Of a stretch of DNA of 42,146 nucleotides, positions 1 to 10,340 are shown in pieces. The stretch is from an uncultured Rhodocyclaceae bacterium (lineage in GTDB: Bacteria > Pseudomonadota > Gammaproteobacteria > Burkholderiales > Ga0077523), in contig CAZXJW010000002.1 in the NCBI GenBank assembly GCA_964641005.1, positions 1 through 42,146 on the forward strand. The letters are read 5' to 3'. Below the pieces are notes generated by a model. It was not told the origin of the DNA and did not search any database. It was given only the letters and a program-made list of their open reading frames with translations. Both the position numbers and the translations under genes were made by a program. How positions within the stretch are numbered: the stretch's first letter is position 1; each line of letters begins with the position of its first letter.

Positions 1-354
1 ACCGACGTGGCGGCCCGCGGCATCGACGTGCCCACCATCACCCACGTCTTCAACTACGGCCTGCCGCTGACCGCCGACGAGTACGTGCACCGCATCGGCC
101 GCACCGGCCGCGCCGGTCGCAGCGGCATCGCCGTGACCTTCGCCGAGCCCGACGACCTGCGCAAGATCCGCCTGATCGAGCGCTTCACCACCCAGCGACT
201 GCCGGTGGCCGTGATCGAGGGCATGGAAGGCCGCTTCAAGCCCGAGGCCCAGGCCCCACGCAGTGCACGGCCCGCCGGGCCGCGTCGTGGCGGTCGCCCG
301 GGCGGCGGACGTCCCCAGCAGCGCGAGGAACCGCGCCGCGCCCGCCGGGCCTGA
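1..354 (+). CDS. DEAD-box ATP-dependent RNA helicase, C-terminal fragment (5' end lies outside the window)
   Basis: The frame is open from base 1. The translation [10 protein letters not shown]...[13 protein letters not shown] carries helicase motifs V and VI. An Arg/Gly/Pro-rich basic tail follows, and the TGA stop is at 352-354. Confidence 0.9.
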   Translation, partial: TDVAARGIDVPTITHVFNYGLPLTADEYVHRIGRTGRAGRSGIAVTFAEPDDLRKIRLIERFTTQRLPVAVIEGMEGRFKPEAQAPRSARPAGPRRGGRPGGGRPQQREEPRRARRA

Positions 355-361
355 AAAACAA

Positions 362-397
362 ACCGGGTCGCAAGGGGTTTTCCCCCGGCGACCCGGT
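362..397 (-). terminator. Intrinsic terminator hairpin between the convergent helicase and metK genes, with the T-tract on the minus strand
   Basis: ACCGGGTCGC (362-371) pairs perfectly with GCGACCCGGT (388-397), with an inner GGGG/CCCC pairing. On the minus strand the stem is followed by TTTGTTTTT (reverse complement of 353-361). On the plus strand it lies just after the helicase stop. Confidence 0.65.
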
Positions 398-427
398 GTC
401 TGGCCCGGCCTCGGACACAATCCCCAC

Positions 428-452
428 GGAATCCCCTTGCGAAGGGGATTCC
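428..452. repeat. REP-like palindromic unit GGAATCCCCTT-GCG-AAGGGGATTCC
   Basis: It forms a perfect 11-bp stem with a 3-nt loop. It is intergenic, between the convergent helicase and metK genes. Confidence 0.8.
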
Positions 453-472
453 GTGCGAAGGGACCTACGGCA

Positions 473-497
473 GGAAACCCCTTGCGAGGGTGATTCT
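473..497. repeat. Degenerate second copy of the 25-nt REP-like unit
   Basis: GGAAACCCCTTGCGAGGGTGATTCT matches the 428-452 unit at 21 of 25 positions. It lies 45 nt downstream of that unit and directly 3' of the metK stop. Confidence 0.6.
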
Positions 498-502
498 TGC
501 GC

Positions 503-1684
<1,182 letters not shown>

Positions 1685-1767
1685 GCCACCGGCCCTGTTC
1701 AGGTCAGATTGAAAGGCCGGGCAGGATAGCAGAACCACCCGGCCCCCAGATAGGTCGCCGCCCGGCG

Positions 1768-2643
1768 ATGCTCGAAGCCCTCCTGCGGCTGATTTCCCGC
1801 CTCCCCCTCCCGGTGCTGCACCGGATCGGCGCCTTCGCCGGCTGGCTGGTCTATCGCGTGGCCCCGCGCTACGCCTCCATGCTCACCGACAACGTGGCCG
1901 CCAGCGGCATCGCCGACGACCCGCGCGACTTCGAGCGCATCTGCCGCGCGGCCGTGCGAGAGACCGGCAAGGGGCTGATGGAGCTGCCCGCGCTCTGGTT
2001 CCGCTCCCCCGAGCGCGCCGCCAGCCTGGTGGTGGAGACCCGCGGCTGGGAACTCGTGGAGCGCGCCCAGGCCGAGCGCCGCGGCATCCTGTTCCTGACA
2101 CCCCACCTGGGCTGCTTCGAGGTCTCGGCCCTGTACGCGGCCCTGCGCATGCCCATCACGGTCCTCTACCGCCCGCCGAAGCTCCGGTGGCTCGAGCCGC
2201 TGATGCGCGCCGGGCGCACCCGCGGCTACGGCAAGCTTGCCCCCACCACCCTGGGCGGGGTGCGCCAGCTGCTGCGGGCGTTGCGCGCCGGCGAGGCAGT
2301 CGGGCTTCTGCCAGACCAGGTACCCGGCAACGGCGAGGGCGCCTGGGCCGAGTTCTTCGGCCGGCCGGCCTACACCATGACCCTGGTGGGCAAGCTGCAG
2401 CGGGCCACCGGCTGCGCGGTGATCCTCGCCTTCGCGCGCCGGTTGCCGGCCGGGCGCGGCTTCTCCCTCGAGCTGTCCGCCGTGCTGGGCGACCTGTCGG
2501 GCGAGGAGGGGGCGCGCCGGCTCAACGCCGCCCTCGAGGCGCTAATCCGCCGCTGTCCCGAGCAGTACCTGTGGAGCTACAACCGCTACAAGGTGCCGGC
2601 CGGCGCGGAGCCGCCGCCGGCGCCCGCGGAGCGCGCGCCATGA
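1768..2643 (+). CDS. Lipid A biosynthesis lauroyl/myristoyl acyltransferase family protein (LpxL/HtrB-like), copy 1
   Basis: The 291-aa product has an N-terminal hydrophobic anchor, an LTPHLGCFE (HX4D/E-type) acyltransferase motif and a C-terminal [12 protein letters not shown] motif typical of this family. Confidence 0.85.
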   Translation: MLEALLRLISRLPLPVLHRIGAFAGWLVYRVAPRYASMLTDNVAASGIADDPRDFERICRAAVRETGKGLMELPALWFRSPERAASLVVETRGWELVERAQAERRGILFLTPHLGCFEVSALYAALRMPITVLYRPPKLRWLEPLMRAGRTRGYGKLAPTTLGGVRQLLRALRAGEAVGLLPDQVPGNGEGAWAEFFGRPAYTMTLVGKLQRATGCAVILAFARRLPAGRGFSLELSAVLGDLSGEEGARRLNAALEALIRRCPEQYLWSYNRYKVPAGAEPPPAPAERAP

Positions 2644-3512
2644 CCACCGTCGCGGTGCGCACGGTGCTCGCGCTTCTGTGGCTGCTGCACTTCCTGCCGG
2701 TGCGGCTGCTCGCGCCACTGGGCGCGGGCCTCGGGATGCTGCTGTTCGCCCTGTCCGCCGAGCGTCGCCGGGTGGCGCGCACCAACCTCCGGCTGTGCTT
2801 CCCCGATCGCGACCCGGCCTGGCGCGAGCGGGTGCTGCGCGCCCACTTCCGCTGCTTCGGCCGCAGCCTCGTGGAGGGGTCCATCGCCTGGTTCGGCTCC
2901 GAGACCCGGCTGCGCTCGGTGGTGCGCGTGGAGGGCCTGGAGCACCTGCGCAACGCCGGCGAGCGCGGCTTCATCGGGCTGGTGCCGCACTTCTGCCCCC
3001 TCGACCTGGAGGGCATCCGCATGACGCTGGAGTTCCGCGGCATGGCCGTGTATGCCCACCAGAAGAACCGCTACTTCGACGAGTTCCTGGTGCGGGTGCG
3101 ATCGCGCTTCAACGGCGCGCGCATGGTGGCGCGCCAGGAGGGCGTGAAGACCATCATCCGCGGCATGCGCGACGGGTACGCCCTGCAGCTGTCGCCGGAC
3201 ATGGACCTGGGCGCGCGCGATGCGCTGTTCGTGCCCTTCTTCGGCGTTCCCGCGGCCACGGTCACGGTGCTCTCGCGCCTGGCGCGGCTCACCGGCGCGG
3301 CCGTGGTGCCCTTGGTGATCCGCCAGGAGCCCGGCGGCTACGTGATCCGCATCCACCCGAAGTGGGACGGGTTCCCCGGCGCGGACGTGGAGTCCGACAC
3401 CCGCCGCATGAACGCCTTCATCGAGGCCTGCGTGCTCGAAGCGCCCGAGCAGTACCTGTGGCTGCACAAGCGCTTCAAGACCCGCCCCGAGGGCGAGGCG
3501 CGGATCTACTGA
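2640..3512 (+). CDS. Lipid A biosynthesis acyltransferase family protein (LpxL/LpxM-like), copy 2
   Basis: The start ATG at 2640 overlaps the previous stop (ATGA). The product reads [20 protein letters not shown]..., with VPHFCPLD and [12 protein letters not shown] motifs. The upstream extension of ORF 2187..3512 is an R/A/G-rich shadow. Confidence 0.85.
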   Translation: MTTVAVRTVLALLWLLHFLPVRLLAPLGAGLGMLLFALSAERRRVARTNLRLCFPDRDPAWRERVLRAHFRCFGRSLVEGSIAWFGSETRLRSVVRVEGLEHLRNAGERGFIGLVPHFCPLDLEGIRMTLEFRGMAVYAHQKNRYFDEFLVRVRSRFNGARMVARQEGVKTIIRGMRDGYALQLSPDMDLGARDALFVPFFGVPAATVTVLSRLARLTGAAVVPLVIRQEPGGYVIRIHPKWDGFPGADVESDTRRMNAFIEACVLEAPEQYLWLHKRFKTRPEGEARIY

Positions 3513-3529
3513 CCCCTCACGAGAAAGCC

Positions 3530-4057
3530 ATGGCCGACATCCTCATCGAACCGCTGCACGAGCGCGACATCCCGGCTCTGGTGGCGCTGGCACGCGACAC
3601 CTGGATGCGCCATTACCCGAGCATCATCAGCATGGCGCAGATAGAATACATGCTCGCCCAGCGCTACCACCCCGACGCGATCCGCGCCCAGCTCGCGCAG
3701 GAAGGCGTGTGGTGGGACGTGCTGCGGCTCGACGGCGAACTCGCCGCCTTCGCCGCCTACGAGACCGGACCCACCGCCACCGACATGAAGATCGACAAGC
3801 TCTACGCGCGCCACGACCTGCGCGGCCGGGGGCTGGGCAGCGCGCTGCTGCGCCACGTGGCCGGCGAGGCGCGTTCCAGGGGATGCACGCACCTCTGGTT
3901 GCAGGTCAACCGCAACAACGCCTCGGCCATCGCCATGTACCGGCGCAACGGCATGGCCGTCGAGCGCGAGGTCGTCGCGGACATCGGCGAGGGCTTCGTG
4001 ATGGACGACTACGTGATGGGCATGCGCCTGCAGCCGCTGCCCGCGGCGCCGGCATGA
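3530..4057 (+). CDS. GNAT family N-acetyltransferase
   Basis: The 175-aa product carries the acetyl-CoA motif [10 protein letters not shown] and a YRRNGM motif. The ATG is at 3530, in the frame of ORF 2678..4057. Confidence 0.8.
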   Translation: MADILIEPLHERDIPALVALARDTWMRHYPSIISMAQIEYMLAQRYHPDAIRAQLAQEGVWWDVLRLDGELAAFAAYETGPTATDMKIDKLYARHDLRGRGLGSALLRHVAGEARSRGCTHLWLQVNRNNASAIAMYRRNGMAVEREVVADIGEGFVMDDYVMGMRLQPLPAAPA

Positions 4058-4917
4058 GGCTGCGCTTCACCAAGATGCAGGGCGCCGGCAACGACTTCGT
4101 GGTCGTGGACGCCACCCGCGCGCCCTTCGCGCTCGATGCCGCCGCCGTGCGCAGCCTCTGCGACCGCCGCTTCGGCGTGGGCTGCGACCAGGTGCTGGTG
4201 GTGGAGGCGCCGCGCACGCCCGGCACCGACTTCTACTACCGCATCTTCAACGCCGACGGCGGCGAGGTGCAGCAGTGCGGCAACGGCGCGCGCTGCTTCG
4301 CCCGCTTCGTGAGCGACCGTGGCCTGGCCACGGGCCGTGAGATCCGGGTGGAGACCGCCGCCGGCGTGATCGTGCCGCGCCTCGAGGCCGACGGACGCGT
4401 CACGGTGGACATGGGCGTGCCCGTGCTCGAACCCGCGCGCATCCCGTTCCTCGCGCCGGCCCGCGCGCTCACCTACCCGCTCGAGGTGGCCGGCGCGGTG
4501 CGCGAGATCGGCGCGGTGTCCATGGGCAACCCCCACGCCGTGCAGGTGGTGGCCGACACCGAGGCCGCACCCGTGGCCTCCGAGGGCCCGGCCATCGAGT
4601 CGCACCCGCGCTTTCCCGAACGCGTGAACGCCGGCTTCATGCAGGTGCTCGACCGCCACGCCATCCGGCTCCGGGTCTACGAGCGCGGCAGCGGCGAGAC
4701 CCTGGCCTGCGGCACGGGCGCCTGCGCCGCCGTGGTGTCGGGCATCCTTCGCGGCCTGCTCGACAGCCCGGTGCGCGTGGACACCCGCGGCGGCACCCTG
4801 TCCATCGCCTGGGCCGGCGAGGGCAGTCCCGTGTTCATGACCGGCCCCGCCGAGACCGTGTTCGAAGGCGAGATCGAACTTCCCGACCCGGCGGGCCACG
4901 CCCGGCAAGCCGCCTGA
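4054..4917 (+). CDS. dapF: Diaminopimelate epimerase
   Basis: The product begins [19 protein letters not shown] and contains both catalytic Cys contexts, CGNGARCF and ACGTGACA. The start overlaps the GNAT stop (ATGA at 4054-4057). Confidence 0.95.
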   Translation: MRLRFTKMQGAGNDFVVVDATRAPFALDAAAVRSLCDRRFGVGCDQVLVVEAPRTPGTDFYYRIFNADGGEVQQCGNGARCFARFVSDRGLATGREIRVETAAGVIVPRLEADGRVTVDMGVPVLEPARIPFLAPARALTYPLEVAGAVREIGAVSMGNPHAVQVVADTEAAPVASEGPAIESHPRFPERVNAGFMQVLDRHAIRLRVYERGSGETLACGTGACAAVVSGILRGLLDSPVRVDTRGGTLSIAWAGEGSPVFMTGPAETVFEGEIELPDPAGHARQAA

Positions 4918-4937
4918 ACCCACACCCCAGGAACGCG

Positions 4938-5591
4938 ATGCAACCCGAACCCCAGGACGTGCTGCAGTACCTGCGCGACAACCCCGAGTTCTTCGACACC
5001 CACGCCGAGGCGCTGGCCGCGATCTTCGTGCCCCACCCGCACGGCGGCCGCGCGATTCCCATCGCCGAGCGCCAGATGGTCACGCTGCGCGACAAGAACC
5101 GCATGCTCGAGGACAAGCTCGCCGAACTGGTGCAGTTCGGCCAGGAGAACGACGCCATCATCGACCGGCTGCATCGCATCACCCTGGCGATGATGATGGC
5201 GCGCGACCTCGACGCCCTGCTCGCCTCGCTGTACTTCAACCTGCGCGAGGACTTCGCCGTGCCCCACGTGGCCATGCGGCTGTGGGCCGAGGGCGGCTGG
5301 CAGCGGCCCGAGTTCGGGCCCCTGAGCCCCGAGGCGCGTGTGTTCACGGAAAGCCTCACCAACCCCTACATCAGCCACCACGCCATGTTCGAGACCACCG
5401 AGTGGTTCGGCGAGGGTGGTCCCGGGCTTCGCTCCTTCGCCTACGTGGCGCTGCGCACCGAGCAGCCCTTCGGGCTTCTGGCCCTGGCCTCGGAGGACGC
5501 GCAGCGCTTCTACCCCGAGATGGGCACGCTCTACCTGAAGCGCCTCGGCGAGCTGGTGAGCGTGGCGCTGGCGCGCTTCCTGCGCCCCTGA
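4938..5591 (+). CDS. DUF484 family protein
   Basis: The 217-aa product begins VLQYLRDNPEFF. It occupies the classical position between dapF and xerC. Confidence 0.8.
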   Translation: MQPEPQDVLQYLRDNPEFFDTHAEALAAIFVPHPHGGRAIPIAERQMVTLRDKNRMLEDKLAELVQFGQENDAIIDRLHRITLAMMMARDLDALLASLYFNLREDFAVPHVAMRLWAEGGWQRPEFGPLSPEARVFTESLTNPYISHHAMFETTEWFGEGGPGLRSFAYVALRTEQPFGLLALASEDAQRFYPEMGTLYLKRLGELVSVALARFLRP

Positions 5592-5601
5592 CCACGGCCT
5601 C

Positions 5602-6528
5602 GTGACCCGACGCCCCGCGCCCGCGGCTGCCGACGAGATCCCGCCCCTCCAGGCGCAAAGGCTCGAGGGCTTCCTCGCCCACCTTTCCCGCGAGCGCCGG
5701 CTCTCGCCGCTCACCGTGGAGAACTACGGCCGCGACGTGCGCGACCTGCTGCGCCTGTCCGGCGCGCGCCCCGTGGAGTCCCTCGACGCCCACGACGTGC
5801 GCCGCTGCGTGGCACGGCTGCACGGTGAGGGCCTTTCCGGACGCAGCCTGGCTCGCAAGCTCTCGGCATGGCGCGGCTTCTTCGGCTGGCTCGGGCGAGA
5901 AGGCGTGCTGGCGCGCAATCCCGCCGCGGGCCTGAAGGCGCCGCGCTCGGCCAGGCGCCTGCCCTCCAGCCTCACGCCCGACCAGGCCGCGCGGCTGCTC
6001 GATGGCGTGGCGGAGAGCGACGACGAGCTCTGCGACCAGGCGCTGTTCGAACTGATCTACTCCTCCGGGCTGCGGCTCGCCGAAGTGGCGGGCCTCGATC
6101 CGGTGGACGTGGACCTGCGCGAGGGCACGGTGCGCGTCACCGGCAAGGGGTCGAAGACGCGCGTGGTGCCGCTGGGCTCGAAGGCCGCGATGGCGCTGGA
6201 GGCCTGGCTGCCCGCGCGGACGCGCCGCGCGGCGCCGGACGAGACCGCCCTGTTCGTGGGCGCGCGCGGCCGCCGCATCGCCCACCGCACGGTGCAGAAG
6301 CGCCTCGATGCGCTGGCCCTGCGCCGGGGGCTCGACACCAAGATCCATCCCCACGTGCTGCGCCACTCCTTCGCCTCCCACGTGCTGCAGTCCAGCGGCG
6401 ACCTGCGCGCCGTGCAGGAACTGCTGGGGCACGCATCCATCTCCACGACCCAGGTCTACACCCACCTGGATTTCCAGCACCTGGCCAGGGTCTACGACGC
6501 CGCGCATCCGCGGGCAAGGAAGAAATAG
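5602..6528 (+). CDS. xerC: Site-specific tyrosine recombinase XerC
   Basis: The start is GTG. The SAM-like N-terminal domain is present, along with the catalytic motifs GLRLAE, HVLRHSFASH and LGHASISTTQVYTH. The gene sits in the dapF-DUF484-xerC context. Confidence 0.93.
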   Translation: MTRRPAPAAADEIPPLQAQRLEGFLAHLSRERRLSPLTVENYGRDVRDLLRLSGARPVESLDAHDVRRCVARLHGEGLSGRSLARKLSAWRGFFGWLGREGVLARNPAAGLKAPRSARRLPSSLTPDQAARLLDGVAESDDELCDQALFELIYSSGLRLAEVAGLDPVDVDLREGTVRVTGKGSKTRVVPLGSKAAMALEAWLPARTRRAAPDETALFVGARGRRIAHRTVQKRLDALALRRGLDTKIHPHVLRHSFASHVLQSSGDLRAVQELLGHASISTTQVYTHLDFQHLARVYDAAHPRARKK

Positions 6529-6529
6529 C

Positions 6530-7717
6530 GTGTTGCGCATCCATCTCAAGCCCGGCCGCGAGAAGTCGCTGGGCCGGCGGCATCCCTGGATCTTCTCCGG
6601 CGCCATCGCCCGCATCGAAGGTGATCCCGGGCCCGGCGACGTGGTGGAGGTGCGCTCGGGCCAGGGCGGCTTCGTGGCCTGGGCCGGCTTCAGCCCCACC
6701 TCGCAGATCCAGGCCCGCGTCTGGGACTGGCACGAGCGCACCCGCGTGGACGAGGCCTTCATCGCCGCGCGCATCGGGCGGGCGGTGGAACTGCGCAAGT
6801 TCCTGGTGGAGCCCGGCCCGCGCGCCGCGATCCGGCTGGCCAACGGCGAGGCCGACGGACTGCCCGGCGTGGTCATCGACCGGTTCGCCGACACCCTGGT
6901 GCTGCAGCTCACCAGCGCCGCGGCCTGGCGCTGGCGCGACGCCATCGCCCGCGCGGCCATGGAAGCCACCGGCCTCGAGCGCGTGTTCGAGCGCTCGGAT
7001 GCCGACGTGCTCGCGCTCGAGGGCCTCGAGCCGCGCGTGGGCACGCTCGCCGGGCCCGAGCCCGACGGCCCGGTCACCATCGAGGAGGGCGGCCTCGCCT
7101 TCCAGGTGGACCTGCGCTCCGGCCACAAGACCGGCTTCTACCTCGACCAGCGCGACAACCGCGCCCTGCTGCGCGACCTGGCGGAGGGCCGCGAGCTGCT
7201 GGACTGCTTCTGCTACACCGGCGGCTTCGCCGTGAACGCGCTGGCCGCCGGCGCGGCCCACGTCACGGCCATCGACAGCTCCGGCGAGGCCATCGCCGCG
7301 GCGCGCCGCCACATCCGCATGAACGACCTGTCCGAGGCACGCGCCGACCTCATCGAGGTCGACGTGTTCCAGCAGTTGCGCCGCTTCCGCGACCAGGGCC
7401 GGCAGTTCGACGTGATCGTGCTCGACCCGCCCAAGTTCGCGCCCACCGCGGCGCATGCCGAGCGTGCCGCCCGCGCCTACAAGGACATCAACCTCTGGGC
7501 GCTCAAGCTGCTGCGCCCGGGCGGCCTGCTGTTCACCTTCTCGTGCTCGGGCGGCGTGCCGCGCGAGCTGTTCCAGAAGATCCTCGCCGGCGCCGCCGTG
7601 GACGCGGGCGCCGATGCGCGCATCCTCCACCACATGGGTGCCGCCGCCGACCATCCCGTGGCCCTCGCCTTCCCCGAGGGCGACTACCTCAAGGGGCTGC
7701 TGTGCCAGACGGTGTGA
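6530..7717 (+). CDS. Class I SAM-dependent rRNA methyltransferase, RlmI-like (PUA domain plus methyltransferase domain)
   Basis: The product begins VLRIHLKPGREKSLGRRHPWIFSGAI. It carries the SAM motif LLDCFCYTGGFA and a VLDPPKF motif. The GTG at 6530 lies 2 nt after the xerC stop, and the longer upstream ORF is a read-through shadow. Confidence 0.85.
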   Translation: MLRIHLKPGREKSLGRRHPWIFSGAIARIEGDPGPGDVVEVRSGQGGFVAWAGFSPTSQIQARVWDWHERTRVDEAFIAARIGRAVELRKFLVEPGPRAAIRLANGEADGLPGVVIDRFADTLVLQLTSAAAWRWRDAIARAAMEATGLERVFERSDADVLALEGLEPRVGTLAGPEPDGPVTIEEGGLAFQVDLRSGHKTGFYLDQRDNRALLRDLAEGRELLDCFCYTGGFAVNALAAGAAHVTAIDSSGEAIAAARRHIRMNDLSEARADLIEVDVFQQLRRFRDQGRQFDVIVLDPPKFAPTAAHAERAARAYKDINLWALKLLRPGGLLFTFSCSGGVPRELFQKILAGAAVDAGADARILHHMGAAADHPVALAFPEGDYLKGLLCQTV

Positions 7718-8346
7718 TCACCCGCGTGCTCGCCGTGCGCCACGGCGAGACCGCCTGGAACATCGCCGGGCGCATGCAGGGCCACCTCGACAGCGACCTG
7801 GACGCCAGCGGCCAGGCCCAGGCCGACGCCCTGGGCCGGCGCCTGGCCACCGAGACCATCCATCACGTCTACTCGAGCGACCTCGGCCGCACCGTGGAGA
7901 CCGCCCGGCGCATCGTCGCCTCCACCGGCCACGCCATCGCCCTGGACGCCGGCCTGCGCGAGCGCCACCTCGGCGTGTTCCAGGGCCTCACCGGCACCGA
8001 GGCCCAGGCCCGCCACCCGGAGCACTGGGCGCGCTTCCGGTCCCGGGATCCCGACCACGACGTGGACGGCGGCGAGAGCCTGCGCACGTTCTCGCAGCGC
8101 GTGAACGGTGCCGCCACGCGCCTGGCCGCCCATCATCCCGGCCGGACGCTGCTGCTGGTCACCCACGGCGGCGCGCTCGACGTGCTGTACCGCCACGCCA
8201 CCGGCCTGGCGCTCGACGCGCCACGCACCTTCACCCTGCTCAACGCCAGCCTGAACGAGTTCCACGTGCGCGACGGCCGCTGGACGGTGGTGCACTGGGG
8301 CGACGTGGAGCACCTGGGCGTGCACGACGCCATCGACGACGCCTGA
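7714..8346 (+). CDS. Histidine phosphatase family protein (phosphoglycerate mutase-like)
   Basis: The RHGETAWN catalytic motif is near the N-terminus and THGG occurs later. The GTG at 7714 overlaps the preceding stop (GTGA). An alternative GTG lies at 7702. Confidence 0.85.
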   Translation: MITRVLAVRHGETAWNIAGRMQGHLDSDLDASGQAQADALGRRLATETIHHVYSSDLGRTVETARRIVASTGHAIALDAGLRERHLGVFQGLTGTEAQARHPEHWARFRSRDPDHDVDGGESLRTFSQRVNGAATRLAAHHPGRTLLLVTHGGALDVLYRHATGLALDAPRTFTLLNASLNEFHVRDGRWTVVHWGDVEHLGVHDAIDDA

Positions 8347-8426
8347 GCGCCCCGGCCTGCGGCAAGACCAGCCTGCCGCAAACGTTACACTGTTGCATCC
8401 CTTGGACTAGACTCCGCGCCTCGCCG

Positions 8427-8795
8427 ATGGCCCGCGCCGCGTGCTTCGCGGCGATCCCGCAGACCCCGAACGTGAACACCCGCCTGCGCCGCCTCCTTTC
8501 CCGCGCCCTGCTCGCGCTGGCGCTGGTGTTCGCCCAGCAGGTCGGGGTGGCCCATGCCGCCACCCATCTCTCCGGGCACGGCCCGTCCCACGAGCACCGC
8601 AAGGGCCTGAAGACCCAGGCCTGCGACGACTGCCTGTCCTTCGCCCAGGTGCAGGGTGCCGGCATCGCCGCGGCCCCGGGGGATGGTACCGTGGCGGGGG
8701 CCCGACCCGATCCCGCCCCCCTTCCAGCCGGCACGCGGCCCGCGTTCGCCGCCGCCTTCCACTCCCGCGCACCACCGCCACCGCCCGAACGCTGA
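8427..8795 (+). CDS. Small secreted protein with a His cluster and a CxxC motif (DUF2946/CzcI-like, uncertain)
   Basis: The signal peptide reads ...RLRRLLSRALLALALVFAQQVGVAHA. The mature part contains THLSGHGPSHEH, then CDDC, then a Pro/Ala-rich tail. There is no clear RBS, and an alternative GTG start lies at 8472. Confidence 0.5.
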   Translation: MARAACFAAIPQTPNVNTRLRRLLSRALLALALVFAQQVGVAHAATHLSGHGPSHEHRKGLKTQACDDCLSFAQVQGAGIAAAPGDGTVAGARPDPAPLPAGTRPAFAAAFHSRAPPPPPER

Positions 8796-8861
8796 CGTGA
8801 CGCGCGGCGCCGCCCGCCAGGGGGGTTCGTCGCGTTTCCTCGTGTCCATCGGGAGTGAACC

Positions 8862-10316
8862 ATGCAGAAGACCCTCGTCGCCACGGCCCTTGCCGCGGCG
8901 CTCGGAGCACCCGCCATCGCCGCGGCACAGAATGCCGACCTCGACCAGATCCGGCGCCAGATCCAGGAACTGCGCGACAACTACGAGAGCCGGATCAAGG
9001 CCCTCGAGGACCAGCTCAAGGCGGCGGAGACCTCCGCGCGCAAGGCCGAGGAATCGGCCGCCCAGGCCAGGACCGCCGCCCAGAAGGCCGAGTCCACCGC
9101 CGGCCGCGCCGAGCAGAGCGCCGGCCAGGCCGAGACCTCGGCGGTCCAGGCCGCCCAGCGGCCCGCTTCCCAGAACGCCTTCAACCCGGCCGTGTCGCTG
9201 ATCCTGAACGGCACCTGGGGCCGCTATGGCAACGATCCCACGGCGCAGATCACCGGCTTCCACGGCAGCGGCGCGAGCGAGATCCTGCCGCGGGGCGCCT
9301 CGCTGGGCGAGTCCGAGCTGTTCATCTCCGCCAACATCGACCCGCGCTTCCGCGGCGCCTTCCTGGCCGCGCTCACGCCCGAGAACGAGGTGGAGATCGA
9401 GGAGGCCTACTTCGAGACCCTGTCGCTGGGCAAGGGTGCCACGCTCAAGGGCGGCCGCTACTTCAGCGGCATCGGCTACTGGAACTCGGTGCACGCCCAC
9501 GCCTGGGACTTCACCGACGCAGCCCTGGTGCAGCGCGCCTTCCTGGGCAAGAACTACGGCGACGACGGCGTGCAGCTGCGCTGGGTGGCGCCGCTGCCGG
9601 TGTTCGTGCAACTCGGCGCGGAGATCGGCCGCGGCAAGGAGTTCGCCGGCATGGGCGAGGTGGAGCGCAACAGCAACGGCAAGAACTCGGAGGCGTTCTT
9701 CGCCAAGGTCGGCAGCGACATCGGCGTGTCGAACAGCTGGCAGCTCGGCGGCTCCTACCTGCGCCAGCGCACCACCAACGAGGGCGTGCCCATGTTCGAC
9801 TACGACGACCTCACGGGCCTGGTGAACGTGTTCGCCGGACGCCAGCGCGTGACGGGCGCGGACTTCGTGTACAAGTGGGCGCCCGACGGCAATCCGAGAT
9901 ACCGCAACTTCCGCTTCGTCACCGAGTACTACCAGCGCAAGCTCGACGGCGACTTCACCTTCGACACCGCGGGCCTGGCGCTCACGGATCCGGCCAACGC
10001 CAAGCAGTCGGGCTGGTTCGCACAGGGGGCCTACCAGTTCATGCCCTACTGGCGCGTGGGCCTGCGCTACGACCGCCTCTCGGCGGGCTCGGTGAACCTG
10101 AACGCGAACGCGGCGAATCTCGCGGTGCCCGACTTCAATCCCACCCGCTGGACGGCGATGGTCGACTGGAACCCCAGCGAGTTCAGCCGCATCCGCCTGC
10201 AGTACGCGCGCGACCGCTCCCGCCAGGACACCGGCACTGGCGAGACGATCTCCGACAACATCGTCTTCCTCCAGTACATCTACAGCCTCGGCGCCCACGG
10301 CGCGCACCGCTTCTAG
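8862..10316 (+). CDS. Outer-membrane beta-barrel (porin-like) protein with an N-terminal coiled coil
   Basis: The signal peptide is MQKTLVATALAAALGAPAIAAAQ. About 75 aa of heptad-like, Ala/Glu/Gln-rich sequence follow. The remainder has alternating beta-strand character and ends in a C-terminal Phe (...AHGAHRF). Confidence 0.7.
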   Translation: MQKTLVATALAAALGAPAIAAAQNADLDQIRRQIQELRDNYESRIKALEDQLKAAETSARKAEESAAQARTAAQKAESTAGRAEQSAGQAETSAVQAAQRPASQNAFNPAVSLILNGTWGRYGNDPTAQITGFHGSGASEILPRGASLGESELFISANIDPRFRGAFLAALTPENEVEIEEAYFETLSLGKGATLKGGRYFSGIGYWNSVHAHAWDFTDAALVQRAFLGKNYGDDGVQLRWVAPLPVFVQLGAEIGRGKEFAGMGEVERNSNGKNSEAFFAKVGSDIGVSNSWQLGGSYLRQRTTNEGVPMFDYDDLTGLVNVFAGRQRVTGADFVYKWAPDGNPRYRNFRFVTEYYQRKLDGDFTFDTAGLALTDPANAKQSGWFAQGAYQFMPYWRVGLRYDRLSAGSVNLNANAANLAVPDFNPTRWTAMVDWNPSEFSRIRLQYARDRSRQDTGTGETISDNIVFLQYIYSLGAHGAHRF

Positions 10317-10340
10317 AGCGGTCGGCACAAGGAAACAGCC

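Noticed and set aside
1685-1767. Possible SAM riboswitch or leader upstream of metK
   Set aside because: Only 83 nt separate metK from the divergent lpxL-like gene. I could not recognise SAM-II, SAM-V or other riboswitch core motifs there. A covariance-model scan would be needed to settle this.
5602-6528. Tyrosine recombinase as a marker of an integrative mobile element
   Set aside because: The dapF-DUF484-xerC context and full XerC motifs indicate the housekeeping chromosome-dimer resolvase. No att-like repeats, tRNA or phage genes are nearby.
5371-7654. Long minus-strand ORFs (5371..7128 and 6137..7654) opposite xerC and the rlmI-like gene
   Set aside because: These are shadow ORFs antisense to genes with catalytic motifs. 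They are Arg/Ala/Pro/Ser-rich low-complexity translations.
8384-8413. Candidate promoter or operator (GTTACA-CT-GTTGCA; TTACAC-N17-TAGACT) upstream of the metal module
   Set aside because: It does not match Zur, Fur or CusR-type palindromes as I remember them. The putative -10 element lies only about 14 nt from the ATG. I mention it in a finding but do not report it as a feature.
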